From a virus, in the IMG/VR virus record IMGVR_UViG_3300023179_000046, positions 38,990 through 102,989 of that record: a stretch of DNA of 64,000 nucleotides; one strand, 5' to 3'. The notes under the pieces were generated by a model. The model saw only the letters and a list, made by a program, of their open reading frames with translations, ran no database searches and had not been told where the DNA came from. Positions 49,010 through 59,037 of this stretch are shown in pieces. The position numbers and the translations under genes were made by a program. Numbering within the stretch: position 1 is the stretch's first letter; each line of letters starts with the position of its first letter.

Positions 49010-49399
49010 TTATTCTTCTTTTAAAATTTTTGTTGTGGAGTAATCACCGATTCTATTAAAAAAAATATTTTTACAAAACGAATTAATCTCTGGGCGGGGT
49101 TTATCTTTCCAGTCCGACCCCATTAACCACCACTCAGGACGTTCAAGATTTAAAATATTTTCTAGATCCACTTCATCCTTAAACGAAACAACCTTGTCTA
49201 CATAACGAATAGAACTTAATACTTCCATTCGATCCTCTAGATTATTAAAAGGCCTAGAGTTACCTTTTTTACTTTTAATTCGATCATCTTCATCTATGGC
49301 AATGATAAAATAATCACACATAGACCTACCATATTTAATAATTTCTATATGGCCCCTATGTATAATATCAAAAGAGCCAGTCATAAAACCTTTAATCAT
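49010..49399 (-). CDS. Nucleotidyltransferase (HldE domain II-like)
   Basis: GSFDIIHRGH, KG..RP, GSDW, YSTT. Confidence 0.88.
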   Translation of the reverse strand: MIKGFMTGSFDIIHRGHIEIIKYGRSMCDYFIIAIDEDDRIKSKKGNSRPFNNLEDRMEVLSSIRYVDKVVSFKDEVDLENILNLERPEWWLMGSDWKDKPRPEINSFCKNIFFNRIGDYSTTKILKEE

Positions 49400-50183
49400 T
49401 TATATACCCTTCTACGGTAATAAAATTTTTGTAATCAAATTCTTGCTTTGCACAAGTATATTTTTGATATTTACTTTTTAAAATTTTAGGAAAATCTATA
49501 AATTTAATGTCCGCATTATATTTATTGGCTACAGATTCCGCAACAGATTGAAAGGATACTGGCTGACCAGTCCCGAGGTCAAAAATGCCTGAATCATTCT
49601 GATTGTTTAAAACTATTTCTACAAGATCACTTACACAAATAAAATCTCTATAAAAATTTTGGGAGCCTTTAAATAATTTAATAACTCCGGTGTCCCTAGA
49701 CTGCCAGACGAATTTGCTGACCGGGCTTGCCTGCTCAGCCTTATGTTCTTCATTGTTTCCGTACACATTAAAATATCTAAACCCTTGTATTTTTGAAAAT
49801 TTATCAATATTGTCTAAAACCCAATAATCTATTTGAAGTTTAGAGATAGCATATTGATTCAACGGGTTAAAACATTTATCTTCATTGCCATATACAGATG
49901 CAGAAGATGCATATTTTACGGGAATACCAAACTCTATTGCTTTGTTGAATAACTCTAAAGTAAAATATACATTAAATTTATTTATTTTTTGTATATCGGT
50001 TTCCGTAGTAGAAGATATTGCACCCTGATGAATAATTAAATCTACTTCATCCCAATTGTTAAAATTTTTAATAAAATCTAAACAATCATCAATTTCTACT
50101 TCTAAAACATCATTTAAATATTTTTTAAAATGACTACCTATAAAGCCTTTGGACCCCGTAAGAATTATCAAACTTCTTCCCAA
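49392..50183 (-). CDS. hldD: ADP-heptose 6-epimerase-like SDR
   Basis: TG..GFIGS, HQGAISSTTE, YASSASVYG, PLN.YA.SK, RYFNVYG..E.HK, YQ.YT.A. Confidence 0.85.
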   Translation of the reverse strand: MGRSLIILTGSKGFIGSHFKKYLNDVLEVEIDDCLDFIKNFNNWDEVDLIIHQGAISSTTETDIQKINKFNVYFTLELFNKAIEFGIPVKYASSASVYGNEDKCFNPLNQYAISKLQIDYWVLDNIDKFSKIQGFRYFNVYGNNEEHKAEQASPVSKFVWQSRDTGVIKLFKGSQNFYRDFICVSDLVEIVLNNQNDSGIFDLGTGQPVSFQSVAESVANKYNADIKFIDFPKILKSKYQKYTCAKQEFDYKNFITVEGYIND

Positions 50184-50881
50184 TCATTAATATCTATTTC
50201 TGTCACAAGTCGCCCACCGCGAGTGTGGGTGTCATATAGAGACTTGTTAGAGGATGGATAGACGTATGACCATTCAGGCTTTTCATAACCAAAAAAATCT
50301 AAAACTTCATCCTTAATGGCAATCATATCATCAACATGAACCCAAACTACAGAAAATCCAAAACTTTCAAATAATTTTTTAAACGCTAGCGGGGACGCCC
50401 CGTACCATGCGCTACCGTCCCAATTCCAATTATCGTCATATTTTAAAGTATAACTTTCATCTGGTTCAAATCTGACGTTTGTTTCGACCATAACTACCCT
50501 TGGCCTATATTTTTCTAAAACTGATTTTAAAATCCAATAATCCATTCCGTCCAAATCTACACATAAAAAATCAAATTCTTCTGGAACAGAGTATTGATTG
50601 AATAGATCACAAACATTGTCCTTGCTAATTCTTTTAATGTATAAATTGATATCTTTATTCTCCAGATATTGGGTGTCCCCCTCTAGCAAGAGGCCAGTCC
50701 AACCATCTCTCTCCCGAAGAAAAGAAACATTAGAGAGATGAAACCCATCAGTTGCACCAAGATCAACGTAGTACTTATTTGTATATCCAATTTTGTCAAA
50801 GGTGGCCTGTATAAAGGCATCCTGTCCCTTTTGAGAATTCATAATAACACTTGGAACAATCTCATGGTAATTTAATTTCAT
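50168..50881 (-). CDS. FkbM-like methyltransferase
   Basis: SQ.GQD, DLGATDG...SN, DFLCVDLDGMDYW. Confidence 0.8.
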   Translation of the reverse strand: MKLNYHEIVPSVIMNSQKGQDAFIQATFDKIGYTNKYYVDLGATDGFHLSNVSFLRERDGWTGLLLEGDTQYLENKDINLYIKRISKDNVCDLFNQYSVPEEFDFLCVDLDGMDYWILKSVLEKYRPRVVMVETNVRFEPDESYTLKYDDNWNWDGSAWYGASPLAFKKLFESFGFSVVWVHVDDMIAIKDEVLDFFGYEKPEWSYVYPSSNKSLYDTHTRGGRLVTEIDINDWEEV

Positions 50882-51603
50882 ATTGTTGTTACCCCTTTAT
50901 GCTTAACGACTTCTGTTGCACATGAATTAGCGTACATAATGCTTTTCTCTATATCTTTAGTATTTAAAAAATCAATTGCAAGAGCGGAGATGAATGTATC
51001 CCCCGCGCCGCTGGAATCTTTTACGTCTACCTTTTCCGTATAGTATTGTTTACCCTGATATATGCATCCATCAGAGCCAACCGTTCTGATGATTTTATTG
51101 ATTAATTTATCAGAGAATGGTTCTGATTTTTTGTATTCGTGATTATTTATTTTAATAAATTTTGCATCTCCTGCCCAATCTCCCAAAAATTTTTTTGTAT
51201 CTAGAAAAACTGTGGGATGCCTCTGACATATTTCTTTAATGTCAGACTCAGTTAGAAAACCTTTGTCGTAGTCTGAAATAACAATAATGTCACAATTATA
51301 ATCAATTTTTGATAGATCTATTCTATTGACAGGTTTTTCTTCATCGACCCGAAAAAACATATGATTGCTTTCCCAATGCATATAACGAATTTTTACATTT
51401 TCTTTCCAATTATCATTAGTAATAATTTTTACATCAGAAACTTTGACTGATATGTTATTAAAAACATTCATTGCCATGCCAGAGTTACTGGTATTTTTTT
51501 GAATTCTTAGAACTGGAACTGGTACATCTGGAGCCAGTCGTAGCGCATCACAATAAACAAATTTATCTACACAACTTTCTCCTATTACCGTTATCTTTGT
51601 CAT
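50878..51603 (-). CDS. PfkB-family sugar kinase (HldE domain I-like)
   Basis: VIGE.C.D, RLAP.VPVP, SDYDKG, D.SGAGDTF. Confidence 0.88.
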   Translation of the reverse strand: MTKITVIGESCVDKFVYCDALRLAPDVPVPVLRIQKNTSNSGMAMNVFNNISVKVSDVKIITNDNWKENVKIRYMHWESNHMFFRVDEEKPVNRIDLSKIDYNCDIIVISDYDKGFLTESDIKEICQRHPTVFLDTKKFLGDWAGDAKFIKINNHEYKKSEPFSDKLINKIIRTVGSDGCIYQGKQYYTEKVDVKDSSGAGDTFISALAIDFLNTKDIEKSIMYANSCATEVVKHKGVTTI

Positions 51604-52808
51604 TAGTATCTTGATTTTCTTTCTATTACAATGACTGGCCTCTCACTATTTACCGCTCCACGAAAGGCAGAAAGAATATCTTTGCCATCCACAGGGTCAA
51701 TCACCGGAAAACTTACAGCCTCACGCAACATCTTGGTAAAATCTTGAGAATGAGTAATTCCAGAATAAAATGGCCCTGCATCAGCGGTTACTGCGCGAAT
51801 AACAATAGGAACCTTATATTCTCCATGAGAAATTCTTTCAATCTTATCAATATGATTTACAATGGCATCCATAGCGACGAGGATAAAGTCGTGCCTTTCA
51901 AAATAAATGACAGGAAGGAACCCTTCAAATGACATACCAATGGCTAGGCCAGACATTAAATTTTCTGCTACGGGCGTTTCTAACTTTTGATCGCTTGAAA
52001 CATTTTTTAGTGTTCCCATCGCATCGCCGCGCGCCACATTATATCCAATAAAAATTGCACCTTGATTGCCAAGTTCTGTCATTGCAACCTCTACAGCATT
52101 TTTATAAGACAATTGACTTTCTTCATCGCTTATCTCAAAACTCCAGTCCTTATCCGTCAGGAGTGGAAAATATTCTTCGTCTGTTTTTTTAGTAGCCTTG
52201 GATAAATCAATCATACCCGGTTTCCGTGCATGAGGATAGGTAATCTCATAATGGTACTTGATAACGTGTGGAGAGTTCCATTCGTATTCAGCAGCCTTCC
52301 CCCAACGTTCTTCATTCGTAGACTCAACAGACCTATTATTGTTTTCGATAATAAATGTTACAGGTAGATCAAATCCCTCTGCATACCTGACTGCCTCATA
52401 GGTATGACCATTGTCCTCTGTGCCATCACCAATAAAACACCAAACTTTTTGCTTGGAGCCTTTTCTTTTAAGTGCCCAAGCAATGCCTGCGGCAATAGCG
52501 GGCGTACCACCAATGATTGCGGAACAGAAAAAATTTCTTTCCCTGTCATATATGAACATGCTTCTTCCATTAAGAATTCTATCCTCTACAACTTCGGGCG
52601 GAATTCCATGAAGCAATGCATGATAATGGCTTCTATGATTAGAAATAACATAGTCACCCGGCTTGATTTCCTTAAAAATATCAATTAACTCATCTTCATT
52701 ACCACAAGAAAGATGAAAAAGGAAAGGCAACTTATTATCTAAGTAAAGTTCACCAATATGGTTTTCAAATTCTATTAAATCTTCCTTTGTCCAATCGCGC
52801 TTATCCAT
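51603..52808 (-). CDS. Fused TPP-dependent E1-alpha/E1-beta-like enzyme
   Basis: HR.H.HAL, GDG...ENN TPP motif followed by ETPVAEN..GLA.G and G..HSQ. Confidence 0.85.
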   Translation of the reverse strand: MDKRDWTKEDLIEFENHIGELYLDNKLPFLFHLSCGNEDELIDIFKEIKPGDYVISNHRSHYHALLHGIPPEVVEDRILNGRSMFIYDRERNFFCSAIIGGTPAIAAGIAWALKRKGSKQKVWCFIGDGTEDNGHTYEAVRYAEGFDLPVTFIIENNNRSVESTNEERWGKAAEYEWNSPHVIKYHYEITYPHARKPGMIDLSKATKKTDEEYFPLLTDKDWSFEISDEESQLSYKNAVEVAMTELGNQGAIFIGYNVARGDAMGTLKNVSSDQKLETPVAENLMSGLAIGMSFEGFLPVIYFERHDFILVAMDAIVNHIDKIERISHGEYKVPIVIRAVTADAGPFYSGITHSQDFTKMLREAVSFPVIDPVDGKDILSAFRGAVNSERPVIVIERKSRY

Positions 52809-53790
52809 TATGCATCCTAATCATAATCCTACCTGCTGTGCCATTTTGCAACAGATCAAATGCTTTGTTGACGTCATCTAAATTAAACCTATGAGTAACA
52901 ACATTCATGTTAAAACTACTATTTTTTTTCAAATACCTAGGAATATCCCTTTCAGGGATGAACCCGCCGCCTTGACTTGCCTTTATCATTTTACCACTAC
53001 CGTCAAAAAAACTTAAGCCATCGTCTAAATAAATTTTTTCATCTGGATCTGGCTGGCCCACTAGAATCAATCTTCCTCCACCATTAAGACTGCTAAATGC
53101 TTTATTTATTACATTGGGGCGACCAGTGGTATCAATAATCACATCCCATTTTCTATCAAACTCAGTGATAAAATTTACCCCCAAGGAGTTTACGAGACTC
53201 ATTTTATTTTTGTTTATATCTAGACCAGTGGGAATTCCCCCTGCAAATAGGACAGCCTGAATAATATTCAGCCCCACACCGCCACAACCAATGACTAAAA
53301 CTTCCTGACCAATAGACACTTGGGCTTCATTTTCTACAACACCTAGGGAAGTAGACAGCCCACACCCAAGTAATGCACCAAACTCTGGATCTGTATTTTC
53401 TGGAACCTTAGTGATTCTATTTTCTGACACAATAGAAAATTCGCTTAAAGTGGTTACTTTACCGCTGCTCATGGCCTTGCCATTATAGACGTATGAGGGA
53501 AAATCAGACTCAATTCCAAGACCGGGCCTCCAGTGCATAATTACGTTATCCCCGACCCTCACAGTTGTAACACCATCCCCAACTTCTTGAACTATTCCGT
53601 AACCTTCGTGTCCTAGCAGGTGGGGTAAGAATTTTTTGTTACCTTTGTTTCCCTTTATCTCATGAAGTTGTGACCCACAGATTCCACTAACAATATTTTT
53701 TACTAACACTTGACCATATTTTAATTCTCCAAGTTCCACATCGGCAACTTGTAACAAAGAATTTAATTCTCTTAAAACTACTGCTCTCAT
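52801..53790 (-). CDS. Zn-dependent alcohol dehydrogenase family
   Basis: GICGS, GHEG, GCGGVG. Confidence 0.9.
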   Translation of the reverse strand: MRAVVLRELNSLLQVADVELGELKYGQVLVKNIVSGICGSQLHEIKGNKGNKKFLPHLLGHEGYGIVQEVGDGVTTVRVGDNVIMHWRPGLGIESDFPSYVYNGKAMSSGKVTTLSEFSIVSENRITKVPENTDPEFGALLGCGLSTSLGVVENEAQVSIGQEVLVIGCGGVGLNIIQAVLFAGGIPTGLDINKNKMSLVNSLGVNFITEFDRKWDVIIDTTGRPNVINKAFSSLNGGGRLILVGQPDPDEKIYLDDGLSFFDGSGKMIKASQGGGFIPERDIPRYLKKNSSFNMNVVTHRFNLDDVNKAFDLLQNGTAGRIMIRMHNG

Positions 53791-54620
53791 ATAAAATCCT
53801 TTATGTGTTCTAGTCTAAGTTCGTATGGACTTAAATTATAAAATTTATCAAAATTAAAATTTAAATCTTGATGGCGTATGTTTATAAAAACATTACATTT
53901 TTTTAGTGCTAATTCATTTACTGAAACTAGAAATGGAGAAGTGGGTATCCCAACCACTACTTTACATTTTGTAGCCAAACGTCCGATATCTACAATATTC
54001 ATTTTTTTATCAGTGGTGCATGGAAATCCATTTATTTTATAAGTAGTAATAAATTTTATTCCATGTAACCTTAATAAATTTGCTAAATTTAAAAAATAAT
54101 TATCTTGCTCTTGCTCAGACCAATGTGTTTGACTACTCCTTGCATAACTATTAACTAGTAGCACGTCGTAGCCTAAAAAATTATTTTCAAATACGTCCCC
54201 ATCAAAAACAACATCTTCTAATGTTTTATATGGCAATTGTAGATTAAGAGTTTCTGCTACATAATTACCAGATTCAAACATCATTTCAAAAATATTTTGT
54301 TTATTGGGAAAACCATGTATTCCCCCGTGTAATTCATTTAAAGGCTTTATTCTCATAAGATGAGGTAGTATGCCGTGCATCCAAAGACCGTTTGCTTCTG
54401 GGTGTTCGTAATTACTAATTTTTATTTTTTTTTCTAATTTTATAAAATCATTTAGGGCTGCAATTGAATCACCAACATATGAAAAATCAGAAGAATATTC
54501 ACATTCAATTTCTTCGTTGGCCCTACAAAGTTTTTTTAAAAAATCTAAAGAAAAAAGGTTGTCCCCTATGTGAGTGGGCACCCCGCCGCCGGGACCAAAA
54601 TAATTAAAATAATACTTCAT
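53787..54620 (-). CDS. Hypothetical GT-like protein
   Basis: HIGD motif; similar to 47434..48336; lies in the sugar island. Confidence 0.6.
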   Translation of the reverse strand: MKYYFNYFGPGGGVPTHIGDNLFSLDFLKKLCRANEEIECEYSSDFSYVGDSIAALNDFIKLEKKIKISNYEHPEANGLWMHGILPHLMRIKPLNELHGGIHGFPNKQNIFEMMFESGNYVAETLNLQLPYKTLEDVVFDGDVFENNFLGYDVLLVNSYARSSQTHWSEQEQDNYFLNLANLLRLHGIKFITTYKINGFPCTTDKKMNIVDIGRLATKCKVVVGIPTSPFLVSVNELALKKCNVFINIRHQDLNFNFDKFYNLSPYELRLEHIKDFI

Positions 54621-54763
54621 TGCCTTATAAAACCCGCCTTAGTTAAGGCTCTTTGAATAGTCATATGACTACAACCTGCCTCTTTAGCAATCTCAATTAT
54701 ATTCTTCTTCTCAACAACATATCTCTGATACAGCCAAATCCTAGACTGATAAAGTTTACTCAC
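54617..54763 (-). CDS. Small HTH protein (below ORF cut-off)
   Basis: MSKLYQSRIWLYQRYV...EIAKEAGCSHMTIQRAL. Confidence 0.75.
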   Translation of the reverse strand: MSKLYQSRIWLYQRYVVEKKNIIEIAKEAGCSHMTIQRALTKAGFIRQ

Positions 54764-55337
54764 GGATATTTTGCCTCGTTAAATTATTAACCGCATAGTA
54801 ACTTATACCAGCGGCATCTGCAACATTGTCAGACTTAGTTATTATACCTTTACCGGCCATAAAAAGTAAAGTCCGTTCCTTACGCAAAGTTCTAATCTTA
54901 TTACTATACCAAGTTTTACTTTTACCGGGATACTCCCGGTACACTTCCTCTTTCTCAGCCTTATTAAAATTCTTATTACCAATAAAACTTTGCCAAGTTA
55001 CAGGATGAACCTCAACAACCTTAATGCCGTCATCTAACACCTCACCCATAATAGCCCCAAAGATGTATGCCATTTTAATTCCCGTGGCCGCAGAGCGCAC
55101 CATGACGCCCGCCTCAATAGCCATAAAGTCAACATCGAAGAATCCTATCTTCCTCAAAGCAGACATTTTTCTTTTAGCATCTAGGATGCGCTCGTAAACG
55201 TCACCACCATCAAAAAATATTTCACCATAACTTTCAACATCATCACCGTTGAAAATGCAAAAAGCGACGCTATGCGTACTAGCGTCGATCCCTAAAACTC
55301 TTTTTGCAGGTGTCTTATTTAACTTAGCCAACGACAT
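54756..55337 (-). CDS. RuvC-like resolvase
   Basis: VLGIDAST, AIE, P.TWQS.IG, DNVADAAGI. Confidence 0.85.
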   Translation of the reverse strand: MSLAKLNKTPAKRVLGIDASTHSVAFCIFNGDDVESYGEIFFDGGDVYERILDAKRKMSALRKIGFFDVDFMAIEAGVMVRSAATGIKMAYIFGAIMGEVLDDGIKVVEVHPVTWQSFIGNKNFNKAEKEEVYREYPGKSKTWYSNKIRTLRKERTLLFMAGKGIITKSDNVADAAGISYYAVNNLTRQNIRE

Positions 55338-55626
55338 TAGACATAATCTCTAACAACTCTGCCCTAGAATTGTTTTTAACCTTATTCTCACACTGTAAAC
55401 AAGTAGACTCTGTGTTGTACCGACTCAAAACATTAGAGCAACCACGATTGGCACAAATCCTTTTCTTACCGCTCAGGCGTTGCTTGTCCTCATAATACTT
55501 CTCTTTAATCTTTAAATTAGTAACAATACGACAACATACATCAGAACAATACTTTTGATTATGTGTTTGTTTAATTACAGTATTGTTACATTCGGAATTA
55601 GCACAAGCAATTTCTTCTGGCTTCAT
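55324..55626 (-). CDS. Cys-rich hypothetical protein
   Basis: Multiple Cys pairs; QKYCS..C. Confidence 0.75.
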   Translation of the reverse strand: MKPEEIACANSECNNTVIKQTHNQKYCSDVCCRIVTNLKIKEKYYEDKQRLSGKKRICANRGCSNVLSRYNTESTCLQCENKVKNNSRAELLEIMSNVVG

Positions 55627-56402
55627 TTCGGAGGCTCGTATGCTCTAATAATATTGTCACCATTCTCCAACTTGTTCCAACAAGTATCAAAAACGGGGCA
55701 ACCCTTACAGGCAGGCTTACTCTTAGTAAACGCCCTATTGGGCAAAGACTTCTGCTCCCAAGCAGCCCGCGTCTCCCTAAGCCAAGCAAACAACTCATCA
55801 ATTATTTCAATATATTTAGCGTTAACAGTAATAGGAATAAGACACAACTCTTGCGTATTCTTATTCTCATAAATAAAAACACCCTGACGACTCTTAGTTA
55901 ACTTCATATAAATCAGCAACTGCAAAAGATGATTACTAGAAGGTTTCATGCTGGCACGACGTTGATCGTATACTTCCTGCTTGGCGGTCTTAACCTCGCC
56001 AATAACCTTCTCCCCGTTCCAATTTAAAATAGCATCAATGTAGCCACGGATAGGAGGATCTTCACTCTTAACCTCAACCTCAGACTCAACCAACCTACCC
56101 GTACCCTCCAAGTAGCCGTCGATACGCTTATGAGCGAGAGTACCATTTTCCATATTGGCTAACCCCTGAGACGTAAAAGTATCAGTAAACTCTGCACCCT
56201 CAAAAGCAATATACCAATAACGCGCACAATTACCATGACCATAGCCAACAGTGCTTGGACTAAAAGTTTCCTTCTTCTTAAAAGCCTTATCGCTCTTATT
56301 CCTAAGAACAGACTTTTCTATTTCGTCGCCAAAAGCAACATGATCGAAACCATCAGCCTCAGGCTTTTGAAACTTTAGCGTGCCAATTATAGACTTACTC
56401 AT
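55623..56402 (-). CDS. Cas4-like PD-(D/E)xK exonuclease
   Basis: SPS...C.RYW, GT..H, G.ID, E.KT, Q...Y, C..CP...C. Confidence 0.88.
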   Translation of the reverse strand: MSKSIIGTLKFQKPEADGFDHVAFGDEIEKSVLRNKSDKAFKKKETFSPSTVGYGHGNCARYWYIAFEGAEFTDTFTSQGLANMENGTLAHKRIDGYLEGTGRLVESEVEVKSEDPPIRGYIDAILNWNGEKVIGEVKTAKQEVYDQRRASMKPSSNHLLQLLIYMKLTKSRQGVFIYENKNTQELCLIPITVNAKYIEIIDELFAWLRETRAAWEQKSLPNRAFTKSKPACKGCPVFDTCWNKLENGDNIIRAYEPPK

Positions 56403-56421
56403 TATTCTCCAATATAGAACA

Positions 56422-56748
56422 TTAATAATTACCGCGCATCGTATACTTCATAGCCGAAGTTAACTTATCAATAGCATCAGAGGCAGTATAGTAAACGTTC
56501 TTCTTCCTACCGGCCTCCACGCCCTTCTCAAAAGACGTATAGTACCTAGCGAGCATTTGAAACTTAGCACTCATAGCCTGCAACTTAACAATTAATTCAG
56601 GAGCCTTAGCAGCAGGAACATCAGATCGCACTATTAATTTTATCACAAGTGCCAAAGCCTCATCCAAATCCTTGTCATTCATGTACGCAGAAATGTCATT
56701 AAACTCAGTCAACTCGCTAATGACCTCAAATATGTTGTTGTCGCTCAT
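56422..56748 (-). CDS. Hypothetical protein
   Basis: Helical ORF in the recombination operon. Confidence 0.7.
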   Translation of the reverse strand: MSDNNIFEVISELTEFNDISAYMNDKDLDEALALVIKLIVRSDVPAAKAPELIVKLQAMSAKFQMLARYYTSFEKGVEAGRKKNVYYTASDAIDKLTSAMKYTMRGNY

Positions 56749-57040
56749 TATAGACACCAATCAATTCTTCCAAGAAAGACCACTCAATAATAGCCAGTCG
56801 TACCTTGCTGTTATCCTCACCAATAATAATTTTTAGAGCAGGCTGTAATTCACTAGAAACTTTAAAAGTATCAGTACAAATCTTAGACCATACTGCCTTA
56901 TTTAATGTAAAAGATTTATTTGCTTCCTTATAGTCTACTAAGAAAGGCTTAAGAATAGCATCGCCCTTCTGAAACTTGCCCCGCCCTGAATTCTTTTGAG
57001 CATTAGCGCCGTCGCGCTTAACTTCTGCACGCTCACTCAT
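56726..57040 (-). CDS. Holliday junction resolvase-like protein
   Basis: KNSGRG..KGDA...DYKE. Confidence 0.75.
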   Translation of the reverse strand: MSERAEVKRDGANAQKNSGRGKFQKGDAILKPFLVDYKEANKSFTLNKAVWSKICTDTFKVSSELQPALKIIIGEDNSKVRLAIIEWSFLEELIGVYNERQQHI

Positions 57041-57231
57041 TATAGATTAATTACAGATTCATGATTGTCGGGACAAGTCCAAGCAAGAACGCCGTTAACG
57101 CCGTCATAGTAGGCATACTCAGAATACTCAGGGCAACTCTTACAACCATACTTACCCACTAGTTTTTCCCATCCAGCATACTTGTCAACAGGATCTTTGC
57201 TCTTGCCAAGAAAATTCTCTAACCTACTCAC
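57040..57231 (-). CDS. Small Zn-binding hypothetical protein
   Basis: GTG start at 57231; CKSC...WTCPDNH. Confidence 0.65.
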   Translation of the reverse strand: MSRLENFLGKSKDPVDKYAGWEKLVGKYGCKSCPEYSEYAYYDGVNGVLAWTCPDNHESVINL

Positions 57232-58225
57232 CAAGTTTCTCCAATATCTTTTCTGCAACCTCAGGGTTATTGCGTAAATACGCTGCCGCGTTCTTCGGCC
57301 CCTGAATCTTTTCCTCACCAATAGTGTACCAAGAACCGCCCTTATGAATAAGACCACTAGCCTCACCCAAAGTTACAATCTCGCTGTATCTGTCAATGCC
57401 TAAACTATCGCCTTGATAGTAAAAATCATACTCGCCAGACAAATTTGGCGGGCCTAATTTATTGTAGTCAATAATCCAAGTCACAGGACGACCAATTTTT
57501 TGTTGCAAAATTTTATCTCCTGAGGTAACACTACCCATAATGGCATTCTTTTCAGCATCGCTAGCCCACAATTTAATGATGGTACTGGAAAAAAACTTTA
57601 CAGCCATACCACCAGTAGGAATATGGCTAGCGTGCATAGAGCCAAATTGATTACGTTGCTGAGAAATAAGGACAAGCAGGGTATTCTTGTTTGCATAGTT
57701 AAGCATTTTTACCGCATGAGTCATATCTTTGGCTTCCGCGCCGATTTGCTTAGTGTCCTGTAAGTCTTTTAACTCATGCCCGTCCTTCTCAAAATAGATA
57801 GCAGGAAGCAGAGCGGATATAGAGTCAACAACAATAATATCAACATCGGCTTCCATTAATCCAGTAGCAACATCAACCATATCGTTAATAGTTTTGGCAG
57901 GAGAATAAATCAAATTATCAGAGTCAACACCTAAGGTCTTAGCCCACTCAATGTCATATGAACTCTCAGCATCAATCCATGCACAAACTTTACCGTTCTT
58001 CTGAGCATCAGCAATCATCTGCAAGCAAAAGGACGACTTGCCTGCTGACTTTGATCCCCATATGAGAACCTGACGACCAACACCAAGCCCGCCCTTTAAT
58101 GCCCTATTAAGGCCAATACTAGGCACTGGAATTCTAACAATGTCTACCTCGTTAGCCTTAACAATTCTAGCGCGCGTCTTAGGGTCCAATTTTGCCAGAA
58201 CACTAAGCATATTTTCGTTTTCCAC
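57224..58225 (-). CDS. recA: RecA/UvsX-like recombinase
   Basis: G..SAGKS Walker A, WIDAE, IVVDS, GG.AVKFFSS, G.WY. Confidence 0.92.
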   Translation of the reverse strand: MENENMLSVLAKLDPKTRARIVKANEVDIVRIPVPSIGLNRALKGGLGVGRQVLIWGSKSAGKSSFCLQMIADAQKNGKVCAWIDAESSYDIEWAKTLGVDSDNLIYSPAKTINDMVDVATGLMEADVDIIVVDSISALLPAIYFEKDGHELKDLQDTKQIGAEAKDMTHAVKMLNYANKNTLLVLISQQRNQFGSMHASHIPTGGMAVKFFSSTIIKLWASDAEKNAIMGSVTSGDKILQQKIGRPVTWIIDYNKLGPPNLSGEYDFYYQGDSLGIDRYSEIVTLGEASGLIHKGGSWYTIGEEKIQGPKNAAAYLRNNPEVAEKILEKLGE

Positions 58226-58232
58226 GCTGCTC

Positions 58233-58484
58233 CTAAATATTTTTACTCTTATATTGGCGGGTCGTTCGACCACGCTCTTGACTATTCTTTTTAGGCTTAG
58301 GCTTAGAAACGCTAGAGCCTTCATCATATAAACTTTGCTCTAAACTTAAAGCCAAATCTTTGAGCCATTTAGAGCGACCTGTATTCATACGATCTATAAT
58401 CGCTAATATTTCTTTAACATCTTCTGTTTTAATAACTAAAAGGTACTCATCAAGCACACCTTTTAGAACATATGAATCTAGCAT
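58233..58484 (-). CDS. Hypothetical protein
   Basis: Extended -10 TGATATAAT upstream. Confidence 0.65.
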   Translation of the reverse strand: MLDSYVLKGVLDEYLLVIKTEDVKEILAIIDRMNTGRSKWLKDLALSLEQSLYDEGSSVSKPKPKKNSQERGRTTRQYKSKNI

Positions 58485-58502
58485 TTCATACTATTATATC
58501 AA

Positions 58503-58841
58503 CTAAATAAGATTGTTGTGTAGGCGTGGACGGGATGCATTCTTATCCATCTTATCTTGCACTACCTTAGTCAAAAGCAGGCGATCATCAATCCACCCGG
58601 CCTCCTGTGCCCCGGCATAGAAATCTAAAAGCCTAATCAACACATCAGCAATTTCTTCCGCGACCTCATCCGACCCCTTCCGCTTACGCAAAGCCTCCAA
58701 AGTTTCACTAACCTCTGAATGAACAAGAGCCAATTTTGCCAAAAGAAAATTAATATCAATCTCTCCATCCCAAAAACCCTTATCCTTAGCAGTTGTATGA
58801 ATAAACTTCGCCTGCCAGTCTAAATAAACGTTCTCATTCAT
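58503..58841 (-). CDS. MazG-like pyrophosphatase
   Basis: KLALVHSEVSE.LEALRK...EEIADVLIR. Confidence 0.88.
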   Translation of the reverse strand: MNENVYLDWQAKFIHTTAKDKGFWDGEIDINFLLAKLALVHSEVSETLEALRKRKGSDEVAEEIADVLIRLLDFYAGAQEAGWIDDRLLLTKVVQDKMDKNASRPRLHNNLI

Positions 58842-59037
58842 TACTGTCTACCTCCGGTGTTAACACTAACGAGAAGGAAATATGATCTTCCTTATCCTGA
58901 TCTATCTCTACTTGATAGTTATAGTAGTCCTTCAACAAAGTTTCCAACGGCATAGTAACCTTGCCAACATGCGCTAGAATGGCTGCCAATAAAAGTTCTG
59001 GCTGCAACATCAATACTTCTTCATCACTCTCAGTCAC
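58834..59037 (-). CDS. Hypothetical protein
   Basis: Coupled ORF. Confidence 0.65.
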   Translation of the reverse strand: MTESDEEVLMLQPELLLAAILAHVGKVTMPLETLLKDYYNYQVEIDQDKEDHISFSLVLTPEVDSNE

